Source: a virus
IMG/VR virus record: IMGVR_UViG_3300021181_000006
Coordinates: 120,467 to 184,466 of that record
Direction: 5' to 3' (one strand)
Length of the DNA: 64,000 nt
Shown here: in pieces, positions 18,224-28,595 of the stretch
Position numbering within the stretch: position 1 is the stretch's first letter
Layout of the letters: the number at the start of each line of letters is the position of its first letter
Made by a program: the position numbers and the translations under genes
The notes under the pieces: generated by a model
Seen by the model: only the letters and a program-made list of their open reading frames with translations
Told to the model about the DNA's origin: nothing
Databases searched by the model: none

Positions 18224-19059
18224 AGGCGTATAAAGATCTTTTACAACACATTATTACTCACGGAACCCCATCTGATGATCGTACTGGAACCGGTACGATC
18301 TCGGTGTTTGGGTACCAGAATCGCTATAATCTCGCTGATGGTTTCCCGTTACTCACAACAAAAAAAGTACCGTTTAGACTGGTGATTTCAGAGTTACTCT
18401 GGTTCTTGAGTGGTAATACTGACGCTCAATCTCTTCAAGAACAAGATAATCATATATGGGATGAATGGGCTACTAAAGAACAGTGCGCTAAATTTGGTAG
18501 GGAAGCAGGAGATTTAGGCCCTATCTATGGACACCAATGGCGTAACTTTGCACAAACCTATGACGAGGAAGGTGTAGATCAGATACAATGGCTCATTCAT
18601 GAGATTCATAAGAATCCTAATAGCCGTCGTCTTATTGTGACGGGATGGAATCCCAAGGAACAAGATCAAGTGGCTCTTCCTCCATGCCATACCATGTTCC
18701 AGTTTTATGTTCGTAACGGCAAAATCAGTTGTCAGCTCTATCAACGTTCTGCAGATAGCTTCTTAGGAGTACCGTTTAATATCGCTAGTTACGCTCTCCT
18801 CACGCACATGATCGCTCATGTCTGTAACCTCGAAGTTGGTGAATTCATCCATAGCTTTGGAGATCTTCACATCTACAATAACCATAGAACACAGGTTGAT
18901 CTGCTTTTAAGCAGAGAGCCGATGAAGTTACCGACTATTGTGCTGAATCATGCTCTCAAAGGCAGCGGATTCGATGGTCTTATGCGATTTAAACCAGAGG
19001 ATGTGATTCTATGCAACTATCTCAGCCATCCAGCCATCAAAGCGCCGGTATCAGTATAG
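18220..19059 (+). CDS. thyA: thymidylate synthase
   Basis: [16 protein letters not shown], catalytic [28 protein letters not shown]; GTG start. Confidence 0.97.
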   Translation: MKAYKDLLQHIITHGTPSDDRTGTGTISVFGYQNRYNLADGFPLLTTKKVPFRLVISELLWFLSGNTDAQSLQEQDNHIWDEWATKEQCAKFGREAGDLGPIYGHQWRNFAQTYDEEGVDQIQWLIHEIHKNPNSRRLIVTGWNPKEQDQVALPPCHTMFQFYVRNGKISCQLYQRSADSFLGVPFNIASYALLTHMIAHVCNLEVGEFIHSFGDLHIYNNHRTQVDLLLSREPMKLPTIVLNHALKGSGFDGLMRFKPEDVILCNYLSHPAIKAPVSV

Positions 19060-19583
19060 GTAGTAGATTTTTTCTTGATACAAATACTGCACTTGTGGAT
19101 GATATTTTAGAGTACATTCTAGAAGCCGGTGAAGAAAACTATCAAGAATTTATGCTGAGTCAGTATAAATCACAACATACTGATATAGTATTACTCATAG
19201 AAGAGCATCACTTCTTTAATAATTGTCACCCATATCAATCAGCTTTACTGTTACGCGCACAACGTGATCAAGAATATTGTCGCGGTCATAAAAAATTACA
19301 TATCCACATTCACGATGATAAAGATGAGATATGTACTACTCTCAGAAGAAAACCATTAGTAACTTTATTTCCAGCATTCATAGAAATGGTTAAAAGTAAT
19401 ATTTCGCTCAAAAAGACTCTTGGCTTAGATGATACTATTAAACTCATACATCGTTTTGAGTATGTGAAGTTTGCAGCCATCGCAGATACCTGTGGAGAAT
19501 GCTATATCATGTTTAATGCTAATTGCGAACATCCATGCAAGGATACTGAGATTATCTATATCAGAGATATATGTCAAATATGA
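19011..19583 (+). CDS. paralog family B, copy 1 (probable start GTG 19095)
   Basis: aligns with the next ORF (FAAI..T.G..YI.F......DT...YI..IC). Confidence 0.7.
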   Translation: MQLSQPSSHQSAGISIGSRFFLDTNTALVDDILEYILEAGEENYQEFMLSQYKSQHTDIVLLIEEHHFFNNCHPYQSALLLRAQRDQEYCRGHKKLHIHIHDDKDEICTTLRRKPLVTLFPAFIEMVKSNISLKKTLGLDDTIKLIHRFEYVKFAAIADTCGECYIMFNANCEHPCKDTEIIYIRDICQI

Positions 19584-20128
19584 TCTCAATAGATTGCTCT
19601 CTCGATGCTAAAAGCGATCTTTGCACAGAAATATTAGACCACGTCATTGATACTGAACGTCTCAGCTACATAAAATATTTGCATGAAGAACTCCATGTGG
19701 AGCCTCAATATGCTGATGATCTCGTCTATCTTGTAGAAAATCATCATCTTGAAAAGATACGGCATATCTACTTAACGGCATGGCTATGTAAGGCGATGCA
19801 TCAGCAAGTATTTACTTTAGAAGCTGACTTTAGCATCGTCATATGGAATAGCCCAGGTGGTTATGTTCAGGTGAGCGTGAATGACAAAAAGTTCAGGGAT
19901 TCTCTCTTTATCTTTCTTCGATATATGAAAGAACAGATTCAGGTGAAGTATGAGATGCGTATTATGGATACCGTGTCAATAACTATGCATGAACCAATGA
20001 GCCAGATCTATTTCGCCGCTATTGTCAATACGTCTGGTAGAGGGTATATCTTCTTTAGTGGAAGAGTATATACCGCGCAAAGAGACACCCAAGTACTTTA
20101 TATAGAGAATCTATGCTCACTGGTATAG
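19571..20128 (+). CDS. paralog family B, copy 2
   Basis: aligns with the previous ORF. Confidence 0.7.
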   Translation: MSNMISIDCSLDAKSDLCTEILDHVIDTERLSYIKYLHEELHVEPQYADDLVYLVENHHLEKIRHIYLTAWLCKAMHQQVFTLEADFSIVIWNSPGGYVQVSVNDKKFRDSLFIFLRYMKEQIQVKYEMRIMDTVSITMHEPMSQIYFAAIVNTSGRGYIFFSGRVYTAQRDTQVLYIENLCSLV

Positions 20129-20592
20129 TAACTATATCACAGGATGGCGTGATCGGACACCATGGTAAAATACCATGGCATATACCAGAAGATTTACAAT
20201 TTTTTAAAGAGACTACCTACGGTTCCGCAGTGATTATGGGTCGTAAGACTTACGAATCACTGCGGCATCCATTGGATTATCGTCTGAATGTAGTCCTCTC
20301 AAAAGAGGGATCAATTACTGGAGTAGTAACACGTATTACAAAGCCAGAAGAAGCAAAGCCCATCATTGACCAAATGAAGTCATTTGTCATTGGTGGGACT
20401 GCTGTCTATACCGAGTTTTCTCGTCAGATTACTGACTGGATTATTACCAGAGTACCCACTGAGTGTGGATTATCGGATACCTACTTCCCAGAAGTGCTCC
20501 TCGATCATTTTTCTTTAGCTCATACTCACGACATCCCATGTAAAAATGGCATGACGCTCACGGTTCAACATATGGTTCGGGTGGAAGAATGA
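20113..20592 (+). CDS. folA: dihydrofolate reductase
   Basis: GVIGHHGKIPWHIPEDLQFFKETT, VIMGRKTYESL, PL..RLNVVLS, VIGGTAVY, DTYFP. Confidence 0.95.
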   Translation: MLTGIVTISQDGVIGHHGKIPWHIPEDLQFFKETTYGSAVIMGRKTYESLRHPLDYRLNVVLSKEGSITGVVTRITKPEEAKPIIDQMKSFVIGGTAVYTEFSRQITDWIITRVPTECGLSDTYFPEVLLDHFSLAHTHDIPCKNGMTLTVQHMVRVEE

Positions 20593-20888
20593 TACCTCTC
20601 TCAAAGCGTTTTGAGATACTACAACGTACTGGTAAATATAGCGAGGCTAAGGAGTTAGTAAAAAATTCCCGTTGGTATCAGTGCGGTAAGCTCTACTACC
20701 GTCCATTTGATGATATGACGATTGATAAGGGAAGAGTTTTTAAGCAGATACAGGATATCTCGCAGTGTACAGAGGTGCCATTCGAGCAGATTGACCAACT
20801 AGATTCTCTTGCAGGGATCGCACTCGCAGCTACAGTGACGCATGTCAGTCAACCTCAATTACCTAGAAAACGCTGCTGTGGTGCATGA
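20589..20888 (+). CDS. hypothetical protein ending KRCCGA
   Basis: 99-aa ORF, ATGA-coupled. Confidence 0.55.
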   Translation: MIPLSKRFEILQRTGKYSEAKELVKNSRWYQCGKLYYRPFDDMTIDKGRVFKQIQDISQCTEVPFEQIDQLDSLAGIALAATVTHVSQPQLPRKRCCGA

Positions 20889-21397
20889 ATAAGCTAGAAA
20901 AGCATTTATGGCAGATAGTGAGCAGTTCTATTCTTCAGGACCAGCGTTATAAGTTTCTGAAGATTATTGAGCGCCAATACTCTACATTACTTGGCTTTAG
21001 CGAAAACACGATATTTGTTTACCTATTAAAAAATAAAATCATCTCTCTCGATCATTTAGAAATTGAATCAGCTTTCGTCAACCCGAATAACGTATCTAAG
21101 AATATCTTGATACAATATTTTAGCTTCTCATTACTGCAATCACGAGCCTTTAAGTTTCTCTGGAAAGGGAAACTAGAAAACCTCGTAGCGCGTACTGTAG
21201 CTAATGAGACGTCGGTGAAGAAGATGCTTGGTATGAAAGAGTGGCGTCTCCACTTCACGAGAAGCAATGAATGCTATGCGTTACATACGTCTGGCGATGG
21301 GTTTATCATCACTAAAAATGGTTTATTCGCTTTTTTCTGGGACTTCGAGAAGAACAAATTTAAAGAACCACATCCCGCAGTTGCCAGTACCACATGA
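20885..21397 (+). CDS. hypothetical protein
   Basis: 170-aa ORF, ATGA-coupled. Confidence 0.6.
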   Translation: MNKLEKHLWQIVSSSILQDQRYKFLKIIERQYSTLLGFSENTIFVYLLKNKIISLDHLEIESAFVNPNNVSKNILIQYFSFSLLQSRAFKFLWKGKLENLVARTVANETSVKKMLGMKEWRLHFTRSNECYALHTSGDGFIITKNGLFAFFWDFEKNKFKEPHPAVASTT

Positions 21398-21413
21398 GTT
21401 ACTAAAGTGACGC

Positions 21414-21653
21414 ATGCTCTACTTATATGAATACGAAATTCTTGGTGGTTTCTTTGCTCCCAGTAAGTTATTTGTCTCTCATAGAATCCTGACTGAAGCT
21501 GAAGTAGTTCAGGGCATCAATCGTGTTGCTTCCAGCCATAAAGTGGTTATGACTAGCGTTCCATTCGAGTTTGTACTCAATGGCCGTAAAGTCAGAATCA
21601 CCTGTAAGGAAGTACCAAGTGCCGACATTAACAGTAGGAAACGCCAACATTGA
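21414..21653 (+). CDS. hypothetical protein
   Basis: 79-aa ORF. Confidence 0.45.
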   Translation: MLYLYEYEILGGFFAPSKLFVSHRILTEAEVVQGINRVASSHKVVMTSVPFEFVLNGRKVRITCKEVPSADINSRKRQH

Positions 21654-22452
21654 GTTAGAGGATTGGCAGTATCAACGAGTCATTGCTCATCAGCTCAGCC
21701 CATATCTCATATTTTTAATTCAGTATAAACTCTCTCAAGTTGATGATACTGAACTATTAGCTGCATTACTTTATGCTGAGTATCGCGGTCCAGCCATGCT
21801 CTCGATTGCGGCTGAGATGCATTGGCTCAGACTCCATATGCTCGTAGGTCTTCCTTTGGAAGACGCTATCAAATACGCAGGTTCTTTAGCTCCTACTGCG
21901 GCTGAGCTTGAAGATTATAAGATTAAACTGGTTCATAAGTTGGACTTCGATGCCAGCCGTACTTGGATGGGTATCACTGTCTTAGATGAAATAGGTCCAA
22001 ATGGTCTCTATTTATATACGCTCTTTGCTATGGGAGCCCCAAGAGTCTGTGTAAAAGATATAAGAGATCCGTTGTTCGCGGCCATACATTTAAATCCAAG
22101 ACATATTTCGACTGGTTTCGATGACCTTGATATCGTAAAGCTGACTGGGAATATTGCTTTTACTTACTACATACCCGATCATCTGTATCAGAAGATATTC
22201 CGTATGCGTAAGTTTTTATTAGCAGAAGCTGGCTTAGTGAAGCCTCGTGATATTCGTCACTGGCATCCAAAGATTCAATTTGGCTTCACTAAAGTGCAGT
22301 TAGATGCGCTGAGACAGCTCAATGATTTCTATCAGAATGTGCTAGATGATACGAATGATCATTTTATTGTGGACGTACCTGACCACGTAAAGCATGCGAG
22401 ATGTGTCATGATCGTAGATAAGGATGGCGTCGAGAGGATTATAACATCCTAG
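21571..22452 (+). CDS. hypothetical protein (start uncertain)
   Basis: long ORF ending just before a bidirectional terminator. Confidence 0.65.
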   Translation: MYSMAVKSESPVRKYQVPTLTVGNANIELEDWQYQRVIAHQLSPYLIFLIQYKLSQVDDTELLAALLYAEYRGPAMLSIAAEMHWLRLHMLVGLPLEDAIKYAGSLAPTAAELEDYKIKLVHKLDFDASRTWMGITVLDEIGPNGLYLYTLFAMGAPRVCVKDIRDPLFAAIHLNPRHISTGFDDLDIVKLTGNIAFTYYIPDHLYQKIFRMRKFLLAEAGLVKPRDIRHWHPKIQFGFTKVQLDALRQLNDFYQNVLDDTNDHFIVDVPDHVKHARCVMIVDKDGVERIITS

Positions 22453-22460
22453 CCAATAGA

Positions 22461-22509
22461 AAGACCTAGGCTTTGGCCTAGGTCTTAGTTTTGGTAGCTT
22501 TATTAGCTA
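22461..22509. terminator. bidirectional terminator between convergent operons, followed by TTAGCTA
   Basis: AAGACCTAGGC-TTTG-GCCTAGGTCTT; TTAGCTA at 22503-22509 abuts the tail-tube stop codon. Confidence 0.8.
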
Positions 22510-23265
22510 TCAAGCACCATCTATGCTCACGGGCACGAGCTGATCGTATTGACAAGAGATTCCCTCGGCAACAAGCACAGAACTAGCATTTACATTCAGC
22601 GAATGACTCTGGATGAATACGTCTTCCAGATAGAATGCTGAGTAAACCTGGTCTCTTACGTCCTTCATGTACACCAACAGGCCAAGAGGCTGGTTAAACA
22701 GATCTGAAGCCAGATTCATGTAGAACGCACCCTTTTGGTCAGCAGGCAATCCAGCGCCAGCTGAAGTACCAGGAGCTACCTCAATGAATGGCAGGCTAGG
22801 ATCAGCAGTACCAGACAGTTGAATGGCGTCATCATTGCTTGAGTCGCTCATCAGAGCGCCGTTAGCCATGGTGATAAGGCTTTCAGGGTAGTAAGCGTAC
22901 ATCACGCGCATGAGTGATGGACCCCAGAAAAGTACACGCCCCATAGAGAACGAACCGATGTTACGTCCTGGGATGAAGTAGGAACGCTTCGAACCGATTT
23001 CGAATAAGCGCTGGAGCTGCTTATTTTGGCTCAGACCGAAGTTTTCCACCATTCCGATAGGATACACTGCGCCAGATTGAGTTCCTGTAGGAATATCTGC
23101 ACCTGATGCGGCTGAACTAGCCACATTCTGGAACGATACATCGCTAAAGCTGGGAGGACCAGCTGCGATCAGTACCGACTCTGCTGAGACATACTCACCC
23201 TGTTGGAGACGAGACTCCACATGTTGAGTCTGCCATGCCCAGTTGCTGAAATTAGTCGTAGCCAT
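22510..23265 (-). CDS. tail tube protein
   Basis: immediately downstream of sheath; LQRLFEIGSKRSYFIPG motif; size. Confidence 0.75.
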   Translation of the reverse strand: MATTNFSNWAWQTQHVESRLQQGEYVSAESVLIAAGPPSFSDVSFQNVASSAASGADIPTGTQSGAVYPIGMVENFGLSQNKQLQRLFEIGSKRSYFIPGRNIGSFSMGRVLFWGPSLMRVMYAYYPESLITMANGALMSDSSNDDAIQLSGTADPSLPFIEVAPGTSAGAGLPADQKGAFYMNLASDLFNQPLGLLVYMKDVRDQVYSAFYLEDVFIQSHSLNVNASSVLVAEGISCQYDQLVPVSIDGA

Positions 23266-23274
23266 TCATTATCC

Positions 23275-26229
23275 TTAGATGAGGAGAGTAACACGGATGT
23301 AGTTAGCTGGGAAGGGCACTTTAACATTTACATCGAGAATCACCTGGTCAGGAGTCGTTGGATCCTGAATCAGCGAAGCAATCGTAGTGCCAGATACGCA
23401 CTGTCCTGCTGCTAACAGATTCTTGATGATCGACTGAGCTGCGGTACGAACCTGGCTCAGGTAATTACCAGTGATGTTAAAGCGGCCAATGTAAGGACGG
23501 AGATTATTGCGGAAGTATTTCGCAATATAGTCTACATCTTTCACGATGCTCAGCTCTTGGCTCTCAATCGTTGTAGGATCGGTAGTCAGCTGATGACGTG
23601 TATAAGGTAAGCTGTCCACAGTAGCCTGGACGCAGATATACACTCCACCAGCGGCCATGACATCAAGCTGAGATCCACGGAAGTAGCGGTTGCTATCAAA
23701 CAACTGCGTAATGCCCTGGATAGGCAGATTGGTGAATGGTTGCTGAGGATCCTGCTGGTTAATCATGCCACCGATGGCGCATGAGAGGTAATAACCAGGA
23801 ACCGTAGCTGTCACATTCGCACCAGTACCTGGCGAAAACAAGTCAGCGTAGGTCAGCGAGATCTGATCAGGCCATACCAGAACAGCACGGCGATTCAGGA
23901 TCGACTCTGCGTAGGTGGCGATATAAGCCGCTTGCGCATCTTTGCTCAGAGCATGAGTCTGGACCAAGAATTTCACGGCTGAAGCACTCGCAGGTGCCGC
24001 AGACAGCAAGACTAAGGTCGTCTGGTTGGTTACTGATGCCACACGATATGTAGCAAGAACATGATTGCCAGAATCAAGATATACCAGGTCATCACCTTGA
24101 GATACACCGACAGTCTGAAACTGTGCTGATGCCGAGGTAAAGATAAGTCCGGTGACATCCGTCGCGCCATCCACAGGGTAGCTGGTGCTGTTATTTTCAG
24201 GCCATTCCTGGCTCTGAATGAATAACTGACGATTCAGTAAGCAGATACGCTCTTTCTTCTCAACTGGTGTTGAAAGAGCAGTCACATGAGCAGGATACAG
24301 TGAGAGATTGGTCAGATCCTGAGTCAGAGGCACTAAGGTATAGACCTCCTCGGATTCGAGGAACTCAAGAGCATTTTGATGCTCTACCACGCTATCGGCA
24401 TTTAATCCGATAACGAAGATGCTGTTTACTGTGGTATTCAGTGCTACTGAAGCAGCTAATGCCAGAGGATTCTGAGGCACTGGGAACCCAAGCAGAGTGG
24501 TCACATCAGTGATGCTGTCAATCTGCGTCAGAACACCAGTCAGATCCTGTCGCAGGGCCTGGTAGGTAATAAGCACGGTGGCTGAGTACGGTCCAGAGTT
24601 CGTTTGCTGAATCTGATAGCTATTGCTGATGCTATTGAAAGGCAGACCTCTGAGATACGAATAGGTATCGCTATTAGCGGTAGCCCCTAAGAGGGGCGTC
24701 AGGAGGGTTAACAGATCAGGAGTCGCAGAAGCAACCTGGTAATTCCCAACTGCAGCACCAGAGGTAACAACGAGGTAATCGCCAGCAGTATTCAGGAACG
24801 TATTCGCTCCACGAGCAACGCGATCAACCTTGAAGGTATCTACGGTGGTTGAATTTACATCTTGCAGAGTCGCTAAAGAAGGTCCGCTAGTTTCGCTGGT
24901 AGTCAGAGTCTTTGTCAGCCACAGAGTAGAACCTGAGAGAGCAGGACTTGCAGCAATGGTATACGTTCCATCGTTAGCTGGATTCGTAGCATTTGAGATG
25001 ATAATGAAATCACCAGCGACGATTGAGCCGGGAATCGCGGTAGAAAGAATGATCTTTGCCTGTGTTGGATGTCCACCACCAACGTCTGATGCTAAGATAG
25101 ATGAAATCGAGGCATTGATGAGTACATAGTCCGTACCATCGACCTTACCCAGTAATCCAGGGCTAGCGATCTGAATGGTATTTGCATTTAATACAGCAGT
25201 GATGAGATAATCACCAGCGGCAGCAGGATCGCCATCGCCACCAGCGTTCACATCTTGGACATTCGCTGTACCGGCTGCTGAACCCTGATTAGCACCACCA
25301 AGTAATCCAGATACGTCTACATTCGCACCAGAAACTGCAATAATGGTATAGGTTCCATCATTACCGCTATCAGTAGCGCCAACAATAGTAATTTTATCAC
25401 CAGCGATGATGCCAACAGGTGCTGATGCCGAAAGAACGATACGACCATTACCGGAAGAGCCTTGGTTCTTAGTTAACGAAGCAATAGACAGACCCTGCCA
25501 AGGAGTTGGCATAACTGGAGCAGAATGAGTGACACGCAGGTAATCGCCAACTTGAACATTAGTACCAATCCCAGCCTGAGTAATCGACTGCGAACCAGTC
25601 GCATAGTCATTATCGAGATTGGTGACTGTAGTCACGTGAGCAATAACGCCGATATCATCCTCTGCGATCACTGATCCAGTGAAAGTTCCACCGAATGATC
25701 CAGTAGCCAGGGCACCAGAAACTTCCTCATGGACTCTGAGAGTATTAGGATCAATCAGTTGATCGATAATGTAGGTAGCAACGTTACCTGCAGGAGAAGT
25801 AACAAGCAGTTTCGAAGATCCACCACTTGTAACGCCTAAATCAAGGAAATCGACATTAGGATCTGAGAAGATAATGCCGTTAGAGGCTCCGGTCACCGAG
25901 TTATTGTCATTCAGCTGAACAGTCAGATCTACATCACCAGGAATAGATACTGTCGAAGATCCAGCTGTAACTAAGTTGGTAATTTCGAATAAACCGAGAG
26001 AATTCTGTAAGAAGGTCCGCACTGTAGCCTGATTCACTACCGCACCCTGAATCAATTCAGGATAAGGAATGGTAGCAGGTGTTCCACGTGAGTAAGAACC
26101 AGCGTTGCCTTGAGCGACCAGCTGGTTACAGACACCAATGATGCACAATGGGAGGTCAGGAGCATTTAAGACAGGACTTGTCGTAGTAAAGTCTTGCTCA
26201 ACTGTCACATCTGGTACTTCGTAAGCCAT
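23275..26229 (-). CDS. contractile tail sheath protein with inserted beta-domains
   Basis: N-terminal YEVPDVTVEQ...IIG; C-terminal RHQLTTD...ELSIVKDVDY...YIG..NIT...DPTTPDQVILDVNVKVPFPANYIRVTL. Confidence 0.88.
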   Translation of the reverse strand: MAYEVPDVTVEQDFTTTSPVLNAPDLPLCIIGVCNQLVAQGNAGSYSRGTPATIPYPELIQGAVVNQATVRTFLQNSLGLFEITNLVTAGSSTVSIPGDVDLTVQLNDNNSVTGASNGIIFSDPNVDFLDLGVTSGGSSKLLVTSPAGNVATYIIDQLIDPNTLRVHEEVSGALATGSFGGTFTGSVIAEDDIGVIAHVTTVTNLDNDYATGSQSITQAGIGTNVQVGDYLRVTHSAPVMPTPWQGLSIASLTKNQGSSGNGRIVLSASAPVGIIAGDKITIVGATDSGNDGTYTIIAVSGANVDVSGLLGGANQGSAAGTANVQDVNAGGDGDPAAAGDYLITAVLNANTIQIASPGLLGKVDGTDYVLINASISSILASDVGGGHPTQAKIILSTAIPGSIVAGDFIIISNATNPANDGTYTIAASPALSGSTLWLTKTLTTSETSGPSLATLQDVNSTTVDTFKVDRVARGANTFLNTAGDYLVVTSGAAVGNYQVASATPDLLTLLTPLLGATANSDTYSYLRGLPFNSISNSYQIQQTNSGPYSATVLITYQALRQDLTGVLTQIDSITDVTTLLGFPVPQNPLALAASVALNTTVNSIFVIGLNADSVVEHQNALEFLESEEVYTLVPLTQDLTNLSLYPAHVTALSTPVEKKERICLLNRQLFIQSQEWPENNSTSYPVDGATDVTGLIFTSASAQFQTVGVSQGDDLVYLDSGNHVLATYRVASVTNQTTLVLLSAAPASASAVKFLVQTHALSKDAQAAYIATYAESILNRRAVLVWPDQISLTYADLFSPGTGANVTATVPGYYLSCAIGGMINQQDPQQPFTNLPIQGITQLFDSNRYFRGSQLDVMAAGGVYICVQATVDSLPYTRHQLTTDPTTIESQELSIVKDVDYIAKYFRNNLRPYIGRFNITGNYLSQVRTAAQSIIKNLLAAGQCVSGTTIASLIQDPTTPDQVILDVNVKVPFPANYIRVTLLI

Positions 26230-27171
26230 TTAATTCCCCGTAATATCTGGTCGTTGCTGAGGTGGTGTGCTATCGTTAGTCAGTATATCTTGGACTTGGT
26301 CGTTGCCCACTGTCAATCCGCCTGGAACGGTTATTTGAACATGTGCGCCTGATCCAGATTCATTAGCAGAGCCGTTTAATGGTGATAAGAGAAGGATAAC
26401 ATCACCAGTTATTGTTGCTATGCGATAGATCCCGTCGTTTCCGTTTACTGATCCTACTATACTAAACTGACTTGCTTGTTTCAAGTTAGGGTTCGTAGAA
26501 GCACCAGTTACCGTAATAGTGCCATTAGCAACATTTATCGAAGCAATGGCATACATAATAAATGTATCCGGCAATGTAGCATGTGTTGGAGATAGAGTTT
26601 CAGAAATACTCAGTTTATTGAGCTGGAGATACTCTTGGCTAAACTTCCATTCTTCCTTCCATGCTAACTTTAAGAAGACTGGCACCACGGTGAGTTCTAT
26701 CTTAGAATCGGCTGAAACAATCGTCTCCGCACCAATACCTGCGATATCGAGTTTATGGATGCCATAAATGGTACGAATAGACTGTTTGAAGAATGTAAAT
26801 AACTGGAATACGAGACTTGCCAAGAATTCAGCTTCGAGACCTTCTCTAGAAAAGCAGTTAATCGTCATATCAACTTGAATAAGATCTTGATAAGTCTTAT
26901 TCTCAGCGAAACGACTATTAGTCTTAAAGTTATCATTCGAAGTATTCATCCACTGGATCTGTCCACGAGAGATAACTAACGAAGGACGGGTCTCTACTGT
27001 TTGCAGATTCTCTACATTCGTATCTATGATCTGTATCTTGGACACCTTTTCATCTGGTGACCATATGAAATCATTCTTATCGGAATACAGTTTCTGACGA
27101 GAAAAAACATCTTTAAGGAAGTGTAATAACACATCCTTAGCTTTAGATGGATAATTTGTCTCAGAGATCAT
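26230..27171 (-). CDS. tail terminator/completion protein with C-terminal extra domain
   Basis: position upstream of sheath; RPSLVISRG ... INCFSREGLEAEFLASLV. Confidence 0.6.
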   Translation of the reverse strand: MISETNYPSKAKDVLLHFLKDVFSRQKLYSDKNDFIWSPDEKVSKIQIIDTNVENLQTVETRPSLVISRGQIQWMNTSNDNFKTNSRFAENKTYQDLIQVDMTINCFSREGLEAEFLASLVFQLFTFFKQSIRTIYGIHKLDIAGIGAETIVSADSKIELTVVPVFLKLAWKEEWKFSQEYLQLNKLSISETLSPTHATLPDTFIMYAIASINVANGTITVTGASTNPNLKQASQFSIVGSVNGNDGIYRIATITGDVILLLSPLNGSANESGSGAHVQITVPGGLTVGNDQVQDILTNDSTPPQQRPDITGN

Positions 27172-27419
27172 GCATCTCTTGGGACGTAATGATCACGACG
27201 AGTGAGTACTGGCTCGAACTCTGGTACATGATCATTGGTTACATCACGATTAATATGCTTATAGTAAGCTAAAGCACCCATAGCTAAGAGTCCACCTAAG
27301 ATAGCACGGTTTACTGGATCTTTCGATTTCAATACTTTTTCACTGGATAAACTACCAACTAAAGCACCTAAAGTGCCAGTAGCAATGTATTCCATCTCAG
27401 CTGTCTTAGTAATCTGCAT
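27168..27419 (-). CDS. small KxA-motif glycine-zipper protein
   Basis: ITKTAE then GTLGALVGSL and ILGGLLAMGALAYY. Confidence 0.6.
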   Translation of the reverse strand: MQITKTAEMEYIATGTLGALVGSLSSEKVLKSKDPVNRAILGGLLAMGALAYYKHINRDVTNDHVPEFEPVLTRRDHYVPRDA

Positions 27420-27432
27420 GGTCTATAGTACC

Positions 27433-27837
27433 TTACTGGCGACTAAATCTCAACATGGGATACGATTCGTTCATAGCTCGTAAGGCAACATCGATATAAT
27501 GCACACCTTCATAGCCTTTATAGTGCCACTTACCTTCGTTGATAGATTTTATGGTGCATCGACGGAAGACACCGTTAATTGGGATAGTTTTTCCTAAAAG
27601 GTACCACATAATATGTGGTTTACGACCTGTATCGATGAATTGAGCGTAGTCTTTATCTGAATAAATAAAGATGATATTATCGATGACATACCCACGCATG
27701 CTTGCAGCTAATTGGCCAGTCGGATGCTTTAAAACACCTGAATACAAATATTCTTTGATCGAAGTAACCATGTCCTCTTTAATGCGAGACATGCCTTCAA
27801 AATCAACATCGCCATCAACAGCGATTTTGGTGATCAC
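27433..27837 (-). CDS. neck/head-tail joining protein (HK97 gp10-like)
   Basis: TGQLAASM....YAQFIDTGRKPH ... G.H.I..AL; position. Confidence 0.5.
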   Translation of the reverse strand: MITKIAVDGDVDFEGMSRIKEDMVTSIKEYLYSGVLKHPTGQLAASMRGYVIDNIIFIYSDKDYAQFIDTGRKPHIMWYLLGKTIPINGVFRRCTIKSINEGKWHYKGYEGVHYIDVALRAMNESYPMLRFSRQ

Positions 27838-28595
27838 TTGTGTCTACCTACCATATACTCAATGTCATTGGGATTAATCTGAGTAGACTGAATAATCTGT
27901 GAAATAGTCGCACCCATACGAGTGGTCTGAGTCACTTTAATAATACGATAACGCTTTCCAGTCTGTGGATAGAGAAAGAAATCTCCATCCTTCAGCTGTG
28001 GATAGTTAGATGTCTCTACAATGAAGTTATCTGGATTACGTGCAGGACCTAAAGTAGCTACGATATCATTCGGCACATTGGTATTCAAGAATCCTGAAAT
28101 AGGATTCCAATACCCACCAGCAAAGTTTGTTCCATAACAGACTTCGCAGTTTGCTTTGCTTTTGCGCTGTTTCAGCGCATCCCAGCAATTAGGGCAATAC
28201 TGACCAAAGGTCTTTTTACTGTAGAAAATGGCAGGAATACCCGTATAGCGCTGAAGATAGACATTCTTTTTACGTATTAACTCTAATGCCACAGCATCTG
28301 GTTGCCAAAGATTGTAGTAGACTCCGTAGTCCTTAAAGTCCTTGGTTACGATATTTGTGATACGAATCGTATAGAAGTACTTACGGCTATTCGAGAAATT
28401 ATTAACTGTCGTATCAATATACTCGAATGGCGTCACATTCTCAGCTATAAGAGCAAAGGGACCTTCCTCTGCACCTGAACGCAGGATACTGAAAGCATAG
28501 TCACTCAGTAACTCAGCAGTGGGCTCAATGGTCCAAAAGAGGCGTAGAGCCTCAATTTCGATCATCATGACACGAACTTCATTCATCACTAACAT
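27834..28595 (-). CDS. neck/head-closure protein with CxxC...CxxC insertion
   Basis: CPNCWD...CEVCYGTNFAGGY; C-terminal beta-barrel RYRIIKV; position. Confidence 0.55.
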   Translation of the reverse strand: MLVMNEVRVMMIEIEALRLFWTIEPTAELLSDYAFSILRSGAEEGPFALIAENVTPFEYIDTTVNNFSNSRKYFYTIRITNIVTKDFKDYGVYYNLWQPDAVALELIRKKNVYLQRYTGIPAIFYSKKTFGQYCPNCWDALKQRKSKANCEVCYGTNFAGGYWNPISGFLNTNVPNDIVATLGPARNPDNFIVETSNYPQLKDGDFFLYPQTGKRYRIIKVTQTTRMGATISQIIQSTQINPNDIEYMVGRHK

